Assembly: GCA_905215815.1 (NCBI GenBank)
Contig: CAJMRN010000001.1
Span: 8,680-72,679 of the forward strand
Length of the DNA: 64,000 bases
Source of the DNA: an uncultured bacterium
Lineage (GTDB): Bacteria > Actinomycetota > Coriobacteriia > Coriobacteriales > Coriobacteriaceae
Direction: 5' to 3'
Shown here: piece by piece, positions 47,821-58,098 of the stretch
Layout of the letters: each line of letters begins with the position of its first letter
How positions within the stretch are numbered: position 1 is the stretch's first letter
Made by a program: the position numbers and the translations under genes
The notes under the pieces: generated by a model
What the model saw: the letters and a program-made list of their open reading frames with translations, nothing else
What the model was told of the DNA's origin: nothing
The model's database searches: none

Positions 47821-48198
47821 TCACGCAGCTCCGCATGCGCCAGCGTCCCCCATGCGATCAATCGGCTTTTCAACCACATCGAACCCAGCACCGAGCTCCC
47901 TCAAAAGCGAGCGCACCCGCTGGGCACAGTCATAATCGGCAAACGAGATACTCAGCATGCGCGCCACCTGGTTAGAAGTCTCAACTCCATAGAACCGCTC
48001 AAGTGCCACAAGCCCCTCGTGTGTCACAAAGGTCTCGACTACATGCGGCGACTCCTCAAAGCACCATTGGGTCAACGGACCCTCGCTCGTCTGCCGCACC
48101 ACCAAACCACCCATACCGGATGGCTCACACGTAACTAGTAGGTGCTCCCCACCTTCATCGCTCTCAAACAAAACTACCCGCTCATCAAACAGCTCCAT
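47821..48198 (-). CDS. Hypothetical protein, probably SOS-regulated
   Basis: 125-aa ORF with GAAGGGGA RBS; LexA-like box upstream. Confidence 0.7.
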   Translation of the reverse strand: MELFDERVVLFESDEGGEHLLVTCEPSGMGGLVVRQTSEGPLTQWCFEESPHVVETFVTHEGLVALERFYGVETSNQVARMLSISFADYDCAQRVRSLLRELGAGFDVVEKPIDRMGDAGACGAA

Positions 48199-48257
48199 CG
48201 CATCCCCTTCCTCTCGCTTCTATTTAACAAAAGCATAGCAGGTAGATGCCTGTATAC

Positions 48258-48271
48258 AGAACGTTTGTTCG
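48258..48271. promoter_or_regulatory. LexA (SOS) box
   Basis: AGAAC-GTTT-GTTCG near the -35 of a minus-strand extended -10 TGcTATGCT. Confidence 0.7.
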
Positions 48272-48319
48272 TGTGTTTTTTATTGAGCTGTCCGCGCGAT
48301 ATGGTAAAGCTCCGCACAC

Positions 48320-48349
48320 AAAAAGGGCGCCCCAGAAAGGAGCGCCCTT
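48320..48349 (-). terminator. Terminator after serS
   Basis: AAGGGCGC...GCGCCCTT plus U-tract. Confidence 0.75.
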
Positions 48350-48371
48350 GCAAATCGCTTATGCAGGCAAC

Positions 48372-49655
48372 CTACGCAACCGGCTCGATCTTCTCGAGGC
48401 CGCCCATGTAAGGACGAAGAACCTCGGGGACCGTGATGGTGCCGTCGGCGTTCTGGTAGTTCTCCAGAATGGCGGCCATGGTGCGGCCAGCCGGCAGGCC
48501 GGAACCGTTGAGGGTGTGCAGGTAGCGCGAGCCCTTGAAGTTCTCGGGGTCGCGATACTTGATGTTGGCGCGACGGGCCTGGAAATCGCCGCAGTTAGAG
48601 CAGGAGCTGATCTCCTTGTAGGCGTTATAGCTCGGCAGCCAGACCTCGATGTCGTAGGTCTGACGGGCAGAGAAGCCCAGGTCGCCGGTGCACAGGCTAA
48701 TCACGCGATACGGAAGGCCCAGCTGCTGAAGCAGGAACTCGGCCTCGGCGGTCATGCTCTCGAGCTCCTCGTCGGACTCCTCCGGCTTGGCAAACTTGAC
48801 CATCTCGACCTTGTCGAACTCGTGCTGGCGGATGATGCCGCGGGTGTCGCGGCCAGCGGAGCCGGCTTCCTCGCGGAAGCAGGGGGTGAAGGCGGTGTAG
48901 CGGCGCGGCAGGGTATCAGCATCGAGAACCTCGCCGGCGTGCAGGTTGGTAAGCACGACCTCGGCGGTGGGGATCAGGAAGTTGTCGCCCGAGACGTGAT
49001 AGGCGTCGTCCTCGAACTTGGGCAGCTGACCCGTGCCAAACATGGTCTGACGCTTGACGACGATGGGCGGCCACCACTCCTTAAAGCCACGGCTGGTGTG
49101 CGTGTCAAGGAAGAAGTTGATGAGGGCGCGCTCAAGACGGGCGCCGGCGCCACCGAGAACGGTAAAGCGGCTGCCGGAGAGCTTGTTGCCGCGCTCAAAA
49201 TCGAGGATGTCGAGGTCGGTGCCCAGGTCCCAGTGCGGCTTAAAGTCGAAGTCGAACTCGCGCGGGGTGCCCCAACGACGGCGCTCGATGTTCTCGTCCT
49301 CATCCTTGCCGTACGGCGTGGCCTCGCAAGGGATGTTGGGAAGGTGAGCCATAAAGTCGTACTGCTCCTGCTCGAGAGCGGTGCGGCGCTCGGCCAGACC
49401 GTCAATCTTCTCGTTGACGGCGCGCACGGCCTCCTTGGCGGCCTCGGCCTCGTCCTTCTTGCCCTCCTTCATCAGGGCGCCAATCTTCTTGGACTCGGCG
49501 TTACGCGTGGCCTGGAGCTCCTCGACCTCGGTGATGACGGCACGGCGCTCGTCGTCGAGTTCAAAGAACTTCTCGCGATCCCAAGACGTCTGGCGATTTG
49601 CCATGGCGGTATCGATGGCATCGGGGTTCTCGCGAACAAACTTGATATCAAGCAT
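48372..49655 (-). CDS. serS: Serine--tRNA ligase
   Basis: [36 protein letters not shown] and TLNGSGL motifs. Confidence 0.98.
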   Translation of the reverse strand: MLDIKFVRENPDAIDTAMANRQTSWDREKFFELDDERRAVITEVEELQATRNAESKKIGALMKEGKKDEAEAAKEAVRAVNEKIDGLAERRTALEQEQYDFMAHLPNIPCEATPYGKDEDENIERRRWGTPREFDFDFKPHWDLGTDLDILDFERGNKLSGSRFTVLGGAGARLERALINFFLDTHTSRGFKEWWPPIVVKRQTMFGTGQLPKFEDDAYHVSGDNFLIPTAEVVLTNLHAGEVLDADTLPRRYTAFTPCFREEAGSAGRDTRGIIRQHEFDKVEMVKFAKPEESDEELESMTAEAEFLLQQLGLPYRVISLCTGDLGFSARQTYDIEVWLPSYNAYKEISSCSNCGDFQARRANIKYRDPENFKGSRYLHTLNGSGLPAGRTMAAILENYQNADGTITVPEVLRPYMGGLEKIEPVA

Positions 49656-49766
49656 TAGATCCTCCGGCGATATACATTCCATTTAGGTTGCAACCTTGTA
49701 CATGTATGGGCAAGTATATACTTATGAGCGTTTACGACCCAACCCAACTACGCAAGAAGGCACCCA

Positions 49767-49940
49767 ATGGACGCAGTTTTTTCCTTTTTGTTTGGCACCC
49801 GCACCGGTTTTGCCATCCTTTTCGCCGGCGGCATCCTACTGTTTGCGATTCTTGCCTTTGTAATGGAGAAGCGCACCCATAAGATGTATGTCGACCGTGG
49901 CCCCAAGTCCGAGGACGAAGAAGACGGCTTCTGGGACTAG
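49767..49940 (+). CDS. Small single-TM protein (57 aa), hypothetical
   Basis: MDAVFSFLFGTRTGFAILFAGGILLFAILAFVMEKRTHKMYVDRGPKSEDEEDGFWD; AGAAGG RBS; below the ORF-track cutoff. Confidence 0.7.
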   Translation: MDAVFSFLFGTRTGFAILFAGGILLFAILAFVMEKRTHKMYVDRGPKSEDEEDGFWD

Positions 49941-49944
49941 CCTG

Positions 49945-50092
49945 CCAAAAAGAGACAGGCTTATTTTGGTCGGTTTTATCTGGGCAAACGCAAGCGCCCC
50001 GCAACTGGAATTGAGCCAGTTGCGGGGCGCTTTTCGTACATGCAACAAAACCGCAGGAAAAAACCTGCCAAAAAAAACCTGTCCCTAAATGG
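49945..50092. repeat. REP-like family A inverted pair enclosing a 17-bp-stem hairpin (REPIN/MITE-like)
   Basis: Units 49945-74 (forward) and 50063-92 (reverse); inner AAGCGCCCCGCAACTGG/CCAGTTGCGGGGCGCTT at 49992-50032. Confidence 0.75.
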
Positions 50093-50098
50093 CGGGTT

Positions 50099-50869
50099 TT
50101 ACTGGAGGGTGGCGTCGATGGCCTTGACCAGAGCGCTGCGCATGCCGGCGTCCTCGAGCGCGACGACGCCCTTGATGGTGGCGCCACCGGGTGAGCATAC
50201 GGCATCCTTCATCGCCGCAGGATGCTGGCCAGTCGCAAGCTGTAGCTTTGCCGTGCCCAGCACCATCTGGCTCACAATGCGATAGGCATCGGCGCGCGGG
50301 ATACCGTGCTTGACGGCCGCGTCGCCCAAGGCCTCAATCGCCATGGCGACAAATGCCGGTGCGCAACCGCCCACGGTACCGCCCACAAACAGCAGACTCG
50401 AATCGAGCTCGACGACGGTGCCAAGCTTACCGAGCAGGTCGAGCACCACGGCACGCTGCTCGCCGTTGAGCGTAGAGGACTTCTCGCAGGCGATGACGCC
50501 CTCGCCCACCGAAACCGGCGTGTTGGGCACCGTCGAAATATGTGCGACACCCGGCAGGACCTTTTCCCACTTGGCGCTATCCCAAGTCCAGGCGACCGAA
50601 AGGACAACCTTGTCGGCAAGGGTGTCCTTGAACGAAGCGAAGACCTTCTCGATCATGTACGGCTTGACCGCAGCAACCACGATATCGGATGCAGCGACAA
50701 CCTCCGCCGCATCACGACAGGCAACTATCCCACGCGCCTTACAACGCTCGACCAAGGCGTCGTAGTGGCCCGCGCAGGCGCACATATCGCTCGCAGCCAC
50801 ACCGGCGGCGATCCAGCCATCGGCCATAGCGCTCGCCATATTGCCAAAACCGACAAATCCGATCTTCAT
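50099..50869 (-). CDS. proC: Pyrroline-5-carboxylate reductase
   Basis: GFVGFGNMA, AVKP, PNTP and VCSPGGAT motifs. Confidence 0.95.
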   Translation of the reverse strand: MKIGFVGFGNMASAMADGWIAAGVAASDMCACAGHYDALVERCKARGIVACRDAAEVVAASDIVVAAVKPYMIEKVFASFKDTLADKVVLSVAWTWDSAKWEKVLPGVAHISTVPNTPVSVGEGVIACEKSSTLNGEQRAVVLDLLGKLGTVVELDSSLLFVGGTVGGCAPAFVAMAIEALGDAAVKHGIPRADAYRIVSQMVLGTAKLQLATGQHPAAMKDAVCSPGGATIKGVVALEDAGMRSALVKAIDATLQ

Positions 50870-50942
50870 ATCTCATAGTCCTCTCAGACACGCTCTTCAA
50901 AACGAAAGCTATTGTCCCACGGCATTGTTTCGTATTGCCGAC

Positions 50943-51413
50943 CTATTTGTGATACGGCTCGCCACGGCTAATCTTGCAGGCGCGGTAGATTTGCTCCAGC
51001 AGCACCACGCGCGCCAGGTTATGCGGCAAGGTAATACGTCCAAAGCTGAGCATCTCGTCGGCTCGTGTGCGCACGTCATCGCTCACGCCGTCCGATCCAC
51101 CAATCACAAAGGCGATGTCGCTGTTACCACGCAGCATAAGATCGTCGAGCCGCGCCGAAAGCTCCTCGCTCGAGCGCTCTTTGCCCTCAATGGCAAGCAG
51201 GATCACATGCGCTCGAGGCGGCAGGGCTGCAAGAATCGCCGCCCCCTCCTTGTCGCGTGCGGCATCCACGCCGCCCGCCTTAGCCGGGTCGATATCGGCC
51301 ACCTCGCGGATATCCACCTTGGCATAGGCACCTAGGCGCTTGGTGTACTCAGCGCACGCGTCCTTCCAAAAGCGCTCCTTGAGCTTACCGACGCAAACGA
51401 CGGTGTATTTCAC
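50943..51413 (-). CDS. rlmH: 23S rRNA m3-pseudouridine-1915 methyltransferase
   Basis: VGKLKE, FVIGGSDG and TLPH.LAR..LLEQIYRA....GEPYHK motifs. Confidence 0.97.
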   Translation of the reverse strand: MKYTVVCVGKLKERFWKDACAEYTKRLGAYAKVDIREVADIDPAKAGGVDAARDKEGAAILAALPPRAHVILLAIEGKERSSEELSARLDDLMLRGNSDIAFVIGGSDGVSDDVRTRADEMLSFGRITLPHNLARVVLLEQIYRACKISRGEPYHK

Positions 51414-51419
51414 GCGCGT

Positions 51420-52358
51420 CTACTCCTTCGAATCGTTTTGAACTTTGCTGGCGGTCAGCATCTGCTCGAACATCGAGGCCGACTGCGAGAAATCGCTCGG
51501 CAGTACGACCGTCGATGTTTTACCCGTGCGAGCGAACTCTGTCATCATCTCGGACCACTGCGTAAACATGAACAGCTGGTTGGCCTCGTCGTTACCGACA
51601 CCCGTCTCCTGGATGATCTCGAGCGAATCCTTGATGCCCAGCGCGATGGCCTTGCGCTGGTTGGCGATACCCTCGCCCGCTTTTTCCATCGCCTCGGCCT
51701 CGGCGGTCGCCTCGGTGACGCGCTTGATGCGGTCGGCCTCGGCGAGCTCCTGCGCAGCAGCGCGCTTGCGCTGGGCGGCGTTGATGTCGTTCATGGAGTT
51801 CTCGACCTCGGTCGGCAGCGCGATCTTGGTGATGAGTGTCGACACGAGGGTAAAGCCGTAGGCAGCCATCTGCTCGGACACGGTGGCATTAACGTCCTTG
51901 GCGATGTCATCCTTCTTGGCAAAGACCTCATCGAGCGTATAGACGGGGATGGAAGAGCGCAGGGCGTCGGTGATGAAATCACGCATCTGGTCGACGGGCT
52001 CCTGCAGCATGTAGTAGCTCTTGTAGATGCCCGAATCTGCCGGGCCGGCGCCCATATCATAGCTCACGTGGTACTGAGCAGAGACCTCAAGGCCGATGGT
52101 CACGTTGTCCTGGGTCTTAACGTCGATGCCAAAGCCGTTTTTCATGGTGCGCAGACTCACCGTGGCGGCCTTGCGGTCGATCACGGGCACCTTCATGTGG
52201 AAGCCCGCGTTGACGATGCGGTTAAACTTGCCCAGACGCTCGATGATCACGGCATGCTGCTGTTCAACGACATAGCAGGCGCTGGGGAGCAGCAGCAACA
52301 AAATGATGATGGGAAGTAGAAAGCTCGTAAGGGCAGCGATGATACCGGGCAACAGCAT
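51420..52358 (-). CDS. SPFH/band-7 domain membrane protein
   Basis: N-terminal TM; IERLGKF..G.H..VP, KTQDNV and M..INAAQR motifs. Confidence 0.9.
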   Translation of the reverse strand: MLLPGIIAALTSFLLPIIILLLLLPSACYVVEQQHAVIIERLGKFNRIVNAGFHMKVPVIDRKAATVSLRTMKNGFGIDVKTQDNVTIGLEVSAQYHVSYDMGAGPADSGIYKSYYMLQEPVDQMRDFITDALRSSIPVYTLDEVFAKKDDIAKDVNATVSEQMAAYGFTLVSTLITKIALPTEVENSMNDINAAQRKRAAAQELAEADRIKRVTEATAEAEAMEKAGEGIANQRKAIALGIKDSLEIIQETGVGNDEANQLFMFTQWSEMMTEFARTGKTSTVVLPSDFSQSASMFEQMLTASKVQNDSKE

Positions 52359-52475
52359 GGTCTCTCCTCTGATAGGCACACGTTGGCACTAGGATACCCG
52401 CACGAAGCAGCCACGTGACACCAACAGGAGGCCCATAACAAAAAAGCTCCCATTGCTGGGAGCTCTTTCAATCAA

Positions 52476-52562
52476 TGGTGCGGGCGAAAGGACTTGAACC
52501 TTCATGGGGTTGCCCCCATACGGACCTGAACCGTACGCGTCTGCCAATTCCGCCACGCCCGC
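52476..52562 (-). tRNA. tRNA-Leu(CAG)
   Basis: GCGGGCGTGGCGGAATTGGCAGACGCG-TACGG-TTCAGGT-CCGTA, long variable arm, encoded CCA; terminator at 52440-52464. Confidence 0.96.
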
Positions 52563-52605
52563 GTGCAGGAATTAGAATAACGGAGCGCCACCGCGAACGC
52601 AAGAA

Positions 52606-53523
52606 CTATTTTTGAAAAAGTTGGCGAGCATTTTCCCAAGCGGCCTGCGCAATCGTCTCAGCATCCTCACCGGTACGATCGACACGGTCGTTGACCAGCG
52701 TGTTTGCCGTGATAGAAATCATTGCCGGCTCGCACTCAAGACCACGAATGGGCTCCGGCGCCATATACGGGCAATCCGTCTCAAACAAAATGCGATCGAG
52801 CGGAGTTGCCGCAAACGCCTCGCGCACGTCATCGTTACGCTTAAAGGTGGCCGCACCACCATAGGCGATATAGCAGCCCAAACCCACAAAGCGCTCCATC
52901 GTGGCTCGATCCTCGCCAAAACAGTGCAGCACGCAACCGGCCTGAGGCACACCCACCTCGCGTAGCACGTTGTACGCATCCACGTGCGAGGTGCGCTCAT
53001 CATCTGTGTCCTCGTGTCGCAGGTGCAGCTCCACCGGAACATTGCGGCGCACGGCAACTTCGAGTTGGCGCGCCATACAGTCGGTCTGCACGCTGTGGGG
53101 CGCCGGCGCAATATCGTCGTCGTAATCCATGTGGTAGTCCAGACCGATCTCACCGATACCAGCGCACAAAGGGTCATCGAGCGCAGCAACAACCTGCGCG
53201 TGAATGTCGTCGGTATAATCCGGCGCGCCATAGGGGTGAACGCCAGCGAGATACTTGATCTGCGGAATATCCCGCATCGGTAGAATTTCGCGCACGAGCC
53301 AGTCGCTATAGTCCGTCACGCTGCGCTTGTCGGCGATGGGGTCGAGCATCGTCACCAGCAGGTCGACGCCCGCAGCCTTGGCGCGCAGGAGCGTCTCGGG
53401 CACATCCTTGCCCCAGAACGAAAGCAGATGCGCATGTGTGTCGGCAAGCGGTGCCAAGGGCACGGGACAAGCAACCGTCTTCTTTTTCTTGGTAAACGTC
53501 ACGCGTTCGGCATTAGGCGTCAT
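52606..53523 (-). CDS. tatD: TatD-family hydrolase/DNase
   Basis: DTHAH, GVHP, GEIGLDY, HCF and ETDCPYMAP motifs. Confidence 0.93.
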   Translation of the reverse strand: MTPNAERVTFTKKKKTVACPVPLAPLADTHAHLLSFWGKDVPETLLRAKAAGVDLLVTMLDPIADKRSVTDYSDWLVREILPMRDIPQIKYLAGVHPYGAPDYTDDIHAQVVAALDDPLCAGIGEIGLDYHMDYDDDIAPAPHSVQTDCMARQLEVAVRRNVPVELHLRHEDTDDERTSHVDAYNVLREVGVPQAGCVLHCFGEDRATMERFVGLGCYIAYGGAATFKRNDDVREAFAATPLDRILFETDCPYMAPEPIRGLECEPAMISITANTLVNDRVDRTGEDAETIAQAAWENARQLFQK

Positions 53524-54373
53524 GGATTAGCTCCCGGGCCAGACGGACAAAGTCGGCAACATCGAGCGTCTCGGCGCGCGTGGTGGGTGAGATACCGCAA
53601 GCCTCAAAGGCGGCATCGAGCACGTCCTTGGCAAAGCCGTTGGCGCTCATGGAATTGCGGATGGTCTTGCGACGCTGAGCAAATGCGGCGTCAATCACGC
53701 GGGCCACAAACTCGCGATCGAGTCCTTCGGGCACCACGCCGTCAACACGGTCGATACGCACGACGGCCGAGTCCACGTGCGGTGCCGGCATAAAGCAACG
53801 CGGCGGCACCTCAAAGCGACCCGTCACCTGCGCATACAGGCCGAGCTTTGCCGTATAGCCGCCATAGGTCTTATTGCCCGGCACTGCGGCAATGCGATCG
53901 GCAACCTCCTTTTGAACCATGACGACGGCGCGCTTGAGCGCGGGCATCGTCTGGAAGAACTGCAGGATGATCGTCGCCGCCACGTTATAGGGCAGGTTCG
54001 CGACAAATACCGTCGGCTCACCGCCCGCAACCTGCTCAATCTGCTCCGGCGTCACCCTGAGCGCGTCGCCCATGATAAAGCGGAAGTTGGCGTAGTCAGC
54101 GGCATGGGCATCGAGCACCGGCTCGAGCTCGGGGTCGGCCTCGATCGACGTGACGCACGCCGCCTCCTGCAGCAGCGCAAGCGTGAGCGTACCAACGCCC
54201 GGACCGACCTCGAGCACGCGCTCATCGCCCGCAAGCTCGGAAAGCTCGCAAATGCGCTCAATTACATGGTTGTCGATCAGGAAGTTCTGGCCCAGGCGAT
54301 GCTTGGTCGCAAGGCCAAACTCCTCCAGCAGCTCCCTTGTTGCCGTGGGGTTTGCCAAAGGCGAAGTTGTCAT
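53513..54373 (-). CDS. rsmA: 16S rRNA m6,2A dimethyltransferase (KsgA)
   Basis: LGQNFL, EVGPGVG, ANLPYN and AFAQRRKT motifs. Confidence 0.97.
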   Translation of the reverse strand: MTTSPLANPTATRELLEEFGLATKHRLGQNFLIDNHVIERICELSELAGDERVLEVGPGVGTLTLALLQEAACVTSIEADPELEPVLDAHAADYANFRFIMGDALRVTPEQIEQVAGGEPTVFVANLPYNVAATIILQFFQTMPALKRAVVMVQKEVADRIAAVPGNKTYGGYTAKLGLYAQVTGRFEVPPRCFMPAPHVDSAVVRIDRVDGVVPEGLDREFVARVIDAAFAQRRKTIRNSMSANGFAKDVLDAAFEACGISPTTRAETLDVADFVRLARELIHDA

Positions 54374-54480
54374 AGTTGCCTCCTTAGCATGGTGGCGGCG
54401 TCTTGAAACAAAAGGGCATGGACCGTTGCGGCCATGCCCTTACATCTAAACAGCAAATTGCCGATATGGCGCGCGGCGGC

Positions 54481-56082
54481 TTAGCCCAGACGCGGGAACA
54501 GCGGCTCGCCCTTCTCGACGGGCTGACCACCGGCAAGCAAGCCCCAAGTGCAAATGCCCTTGAGGTCGTCGCTCGCGGCCTCGTCCTCGCAGGACAGGCG
54601 GCGCAGGACCTCGGCAGAGGTCTGAGGCATGAGCGGCATCAGCAGGTGAGCGGCGATGCGGATGGCCTCGAGCAGGTTGTAGATCACAAATGCCAGCTCG
54701 TCAGCCTTGGCCTCGTCCTTGGCAAGCGCCCAGGGCTCAGAGTCCTCGATGTAGTGGTTGGCGGCGTGGATGAGCTCCATGACCTCGTCCTTAGCTCCAC
54801 CGTAATCGAGCACGTCCATCTTGGCCATGTAGCGCTCGACCAGGCCATCGGCGATCTTTGCCAGCGGGTTGTCGAACGCATCGAACGACGCGGGCTTGGC
54901 GGGCGCGCAACCGTCAAAGTACTTGCCGCTCATGTTGAGCGAACGCGAGATCAGGTTGCCCCAGCTGTTGGCCAGGTCGGCGTTGTAGACCTGCTCCATG
55001 CGATCGAAGCTGATGGCACCGTCGGTGCCGGGGACGACGTCGGTCATAAAGTAGTAGCGATAGCCCTCGACGCCTAGCATGTCGATAACGTCCTGCGGAG
55101 CGATGGCGTTGCCGCGGCTCTTGGACATCTTCTCGGCCTTGCCGGTCTCGGCATTGCGCACGGTCAGGAAGCCGTGGGCAAAGACATGCTCGGGCAGAGC
55201 CTCGCCGATGGCCATGAGCATGGCGGGCCAAATGACGCAGTGGAAGCGGATGATGTCTTTACCCACGATGTGGAACTGCGCAGGCCAGCGATAGGCCAGC
55301 TCGGCACGCGCCTCGTCGGTGTCGACACCGTAGCCGACGGCCGTCATATAGTTGAGCAGCGCATCGAACCACACGTAGGTCACGTGACCCTCGTCAAACG
55401 GGACCTGAATGCCCCAGTCAAAGCTCGTGCGGCTCACGGAAAGGTCGTTAAGGCCGCCCTCGACAAAGCTGCGCACCTCGTTCATGCGGAACGCAGGCTC
55501 GACAAAGTCGGGGTGCTCGTCATAGAGCTTGAGCAGCTTGTCCTGGAAAGCGGAAAGCTTAAAGAAGTAGGACTCCTCCTGCACGCGCTCAAGCGGACGG
55601 TGGCAGTCGGGGCACAGGTGCTGGCCGACGCTGCCGTACTCCTCGTCGCCCTTCTGGACCTGCGTATCGGTGAAGTAGGTCTCGTCAGGCACGCAATACC
55701 AGCCGTCGTAGCTGCCCTTATACAGGTAACCGGACTCCTTCATGCGCTCCCACAGGTACTGCACGGCATGATGCTGGCGCGGCTCGGTGGTGCGGATGAA
55801 GTCGTCGTTGGAAATCTCGAGCTTGTTCCAAAGCTCCTTGAAGTGCGGGGCCTGGCTGTCGGTCCACTCCTGCGGCGTCATGCCATGCTTGGCTGCGGCC
55901 TCGGCGACCTTCTCGCCGTGCTCGTCCATGCCGGTCAGGAACTTGACGTTATAGCCGGCGGAGCGGCGATAGCGAGCCTGAACATCGGCGATGATGGTGG
56001 AATAAGCCGTGCCCAGGTGCGGATCGGCGTTGACGTAGTAGATGGGCGTCGTGATAAAGAACGAAGGTTTGCTTTGATCCAT
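54481..56082 (-). CDS. metG: Methionine--tRNA ligase (short form)
   Basis: TTPIYYVN..PHLG, GMDEHG, YVWFDAL and KMSKS motifs; terminator hairpin ~54410-54441. Confidence 0.97.
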   Translation of the reverse strand: MDQSKPSFFITTPIYYVNADPHLGTAYSTIIADVQARYRRSAGYNVKFLTGMDEHGEKVAEAAAKHGMTPQEWTDSQAPHFKELWNKLEISNDDFIRTTEPRQHHAVQYLWERMKESGYLYKGSYDGWYCVPDETYFTDTQVQKGDEEYGSVGQHLCPDCHRPLERVQEESYFFKLSAFQDKLLKLYDEHPDFVEPAFRMNEVRSFVEGGLNDLSVSRTSFDWGIQVPFDEGHVTYVWFDALLNYMTAVGYGVDTDEARAELAYRWPAQFHIVGKDIIRFHCVIWPAMLMAIGEALPEHVFAHGFLTVRNAETGKAEKMSKSRGNAIAPQDVIDMLGVEGYRYYFMTDVVPGTDGAISFDRMEQVYNADLANSWGNLISRSLNMSGKYFDGCAPAKPASFDAFDNPLAKIADGLVERYMAKMDVLDYGGAKDEVMELIHAANHYIEDSEPWALAKDEAKADELAFVIYNLLEAIRIAAHLLMPLMPQTSAEVLRRLSCEDEAASDDLKGICTWGLLAGGQPVEKGEPLFPRLG

Positions 56083-56151
56083 GGGGTTTGTCCTCCAGAA
56101 AAACGTTGCATACAGGGGATGATTCTAGCGCAAGGGCTGGATATCCTCCAT

Positions 56152-57030
56152 CTATTGCATATCGAGCACCATGGCATAGACATCGCGCTTGCGGCGCGAA
56201 TACTTCTGAGACAGGCGCTTGGCCACCGCAGAGGCGGGCTCCCCCTCCTCAAGCGCGGCGCGGATATCCTCGCGCAGGGCCTCGTCGGGATCCGCTGCCG
56301 CGGCGCCAACCGGCACGATGCCGGCCTCCTCATCCTCGCTCGGCGGCGCGATGATCAGCGCAATCTCGCCCTTTACCTCGCCGCGAGCACGCAGCTCCTC
56401 GGCAAGCTGGGCGGCGGGTCCGCGCAAGACTTCCTCGTGCAGCTTGGTGAGTTCGCGGCAGACGGCAACCTCACGCTGGGGAAAGACCTCTGTCACGGCC
56501 TCGAGCGTCGCCACGATGCGATGTGGAGACTCGTAGAAGATGAGTGCGCCGGGCACCACGGCAAGGCGCTGCAAACGGCGCACACGGTCGCCGTGCTTTC
56601 GGCCCAAAAAGCCCTCGAAGAAAAAATGCTCGCAGGGAATGCCGGACGAAACGAGTGCCGTGACGCAAGCAGAGGGCCCAGGAATAACTTCGACGGGCAC
56701 ATCGGCCTCACGCGCCGCCTCGACCAGCGCCTGGCCGGGATCGGACACGCTCGGCATGCCGGCGTCCGAGGCAAAGGCGAGGGTCTCCCCCGCCAGCAGA
56801 CGGTCGACCAGGCCGGCGGCGCGGCTGGCAATCACATTCTCGTCGCAACGGACAAGCGGCTTGGAAATGCCCAGGTGCATCAGCAGCTTTGACGTCACAC
56901 GCGTGTCTTCGCAGCAAATGGCATCGGCGGCGGCAAAGGCCTCGCCAACGCGCGGGGACAGGTCACCCAAGTTGCCGATGGGCGTGCCGACCACATAGAG
57001 TTTGCCCGTATGGGCGCTGTTTTGCGTCAT
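56152..57030 (-). CDS. rsmI: 16S rRNA C1402 2'-O-methyltransferase
   Basis: TPIGNL.D, CEDTR, SDAG.P..SDPG, YESPHR and RELTK..EE motifs. Confidence 0.96.
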   Translation of the reverse strand: MTQNSAHTGKLYVVGTPIGNLGDLSPRVGEAFAAADAICCEDTRVTSKLLMHLGISKPLVRCDENVIASRAAGLVDRLLAGETLAFASDAGMPSVSDPGQALVEAAREADVPVEVIPGPSACVTALVSSGIPCEHFFFEGFLGRKHGDRVRRLQRLAVVPGALIFYESPHRIVATLEAVTEVFPQREVAVCRELTKLHEEVLRGPAAQLAEELRARGEVKGEIALIIAPPSEDEEAGIVPVGAAAADPDEALREDIRAALEEGEPASAVAKRLSQKYSRRKRDVYAMVLDMQ

Positions 57031-57036
57031 ATCAAC

Positions 57037-58098
57037 CTATTCAATCATGCCGCGCTCGAGCGTACCGAGCGCCGCGCGGGCGTCCCATGCTGCAATGCGC
57101 TTCTCGGTCTTCCACGTTTGGAAGAACCAACCGGCAGCCGGCGCAAACGAAGCCAGCTGGTTGGCAATAAACACGCGCTCGTAGGCATTGCGGCCCTCGG
57201 GCGTAACCGACGAGTTGGCAAAGATCGCCGCGCCCGACCATTCGCCCACCAGCACGGGGAACCCTGTCGAAATCGCTTCTTTAAGCTCGCGCTTGTTACG
57301 CGAAATCGCCGTCGTCAGCCCGCGGGGGCTCGTGATGTCGAGCGCATACTCGTCGCGGTAATGGTACAGGTGAAGGTCCATGTAGACGTTCTTGTACTTG
57401 GCGCCGCGCATAAAATGCTTCCACTCGCTGGGATGCCCCGACGACGAGAAAACGACGATCTTATCCTCGGGCATATACGAACGGACGAGCTCGTAGGCAT
57501 CGCGATAGAAATTGCGCAGGTAGTGGGCCGGAATGCCATCCGTCATGGTAAAGAGGCTCTTGCGGACGCTCATCTGCGGCGTGTCCAGCAGCTCAATGCC
57601 CAGCAGGCTCTCGGCCTCGCCGTAGCGATCGGCCAGGCGCTCGAGCACGTCGAGTGCGACATGACGGCCGTTGGTGGACGAATGCCACTCGGCAACAGCC
57701 TCTGGCGTGGTGGGCGAATCATTGGAATCGCCCTGGCCACCGGGCACAGTCGCCAGATCGAGCAGCACGCGGATGTCATACTTGGCAGCCCACTCAATTG
57801 CACGGTCGATGTAGTCGACAACCGAGATGTAGGACGCATCGGACTCCTGCGAACCAAAGGCATACCAGGGCACCGGCAGACGCACGGCATTGAGGCCAAT
57901 CTGCGCCATGCGGCGAAAATCGTCCTCGCTCACAAACGTCTCGTAATGACGGCGCATGCGCTCATTATAGGCGGCGGTGCCCATGGCCTCCTGCAGCTCG
58001 GCCGCGTTGGATGCACCGGTCGCCGCATATAGCGACGGGGTCACCCAAGGCTCGGGAATAAACCAGCCAGAGAGATTAACGCCGAGTATCCTCTCCAT
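57037..58098 (-). CDS. Glycoside hydrolase family 5 (exo-1,3-beta-glucanase-like) protein, possibly non-catalytic
   Basis: GVNLSGW..EPW.TPSL, GLNAVRLPV, DLHLY, VGEWS and GWFFQTWK motifs; NEP replaced by DTP. Confidence 0.85.
   Translation of the reverse strand: MERILGVNLSGWFIPEPWVTPSLYAATGASNAAELQEAMGTAAYNERMRRHYETFVSEDDFRRMAQIGLNAVRLPVPWYAFGSQESDASYISVVDYIDRAIEWAAKYDIRVLLDLATVPGGQGDSNDSPTTPEAVAEWHSSTNGRHVALDVLERLADRYGEAESLLGIELLDTPQMSVRKSLFTMTDGIPAHYLRNFYRDAYELVRSYMPEDKIVVFSSSGHPSEWKHFMRGAKYKNVYMDLHLYHYRDEYALDITSPRGLTTAISRNKRELKEAISTGFPVLVGEWSGAAIFANSSVTPEGRNAYERVFIANQLASFAPAAGWFFQTWKTEKRIAAWDARAALGTLERGMIE

Noticed and set aside
49656..49766. T-box leader for serS (and likewise for metG)
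   Set aside because: The intergenic regions are too short and lack the T-box consensus and terminator
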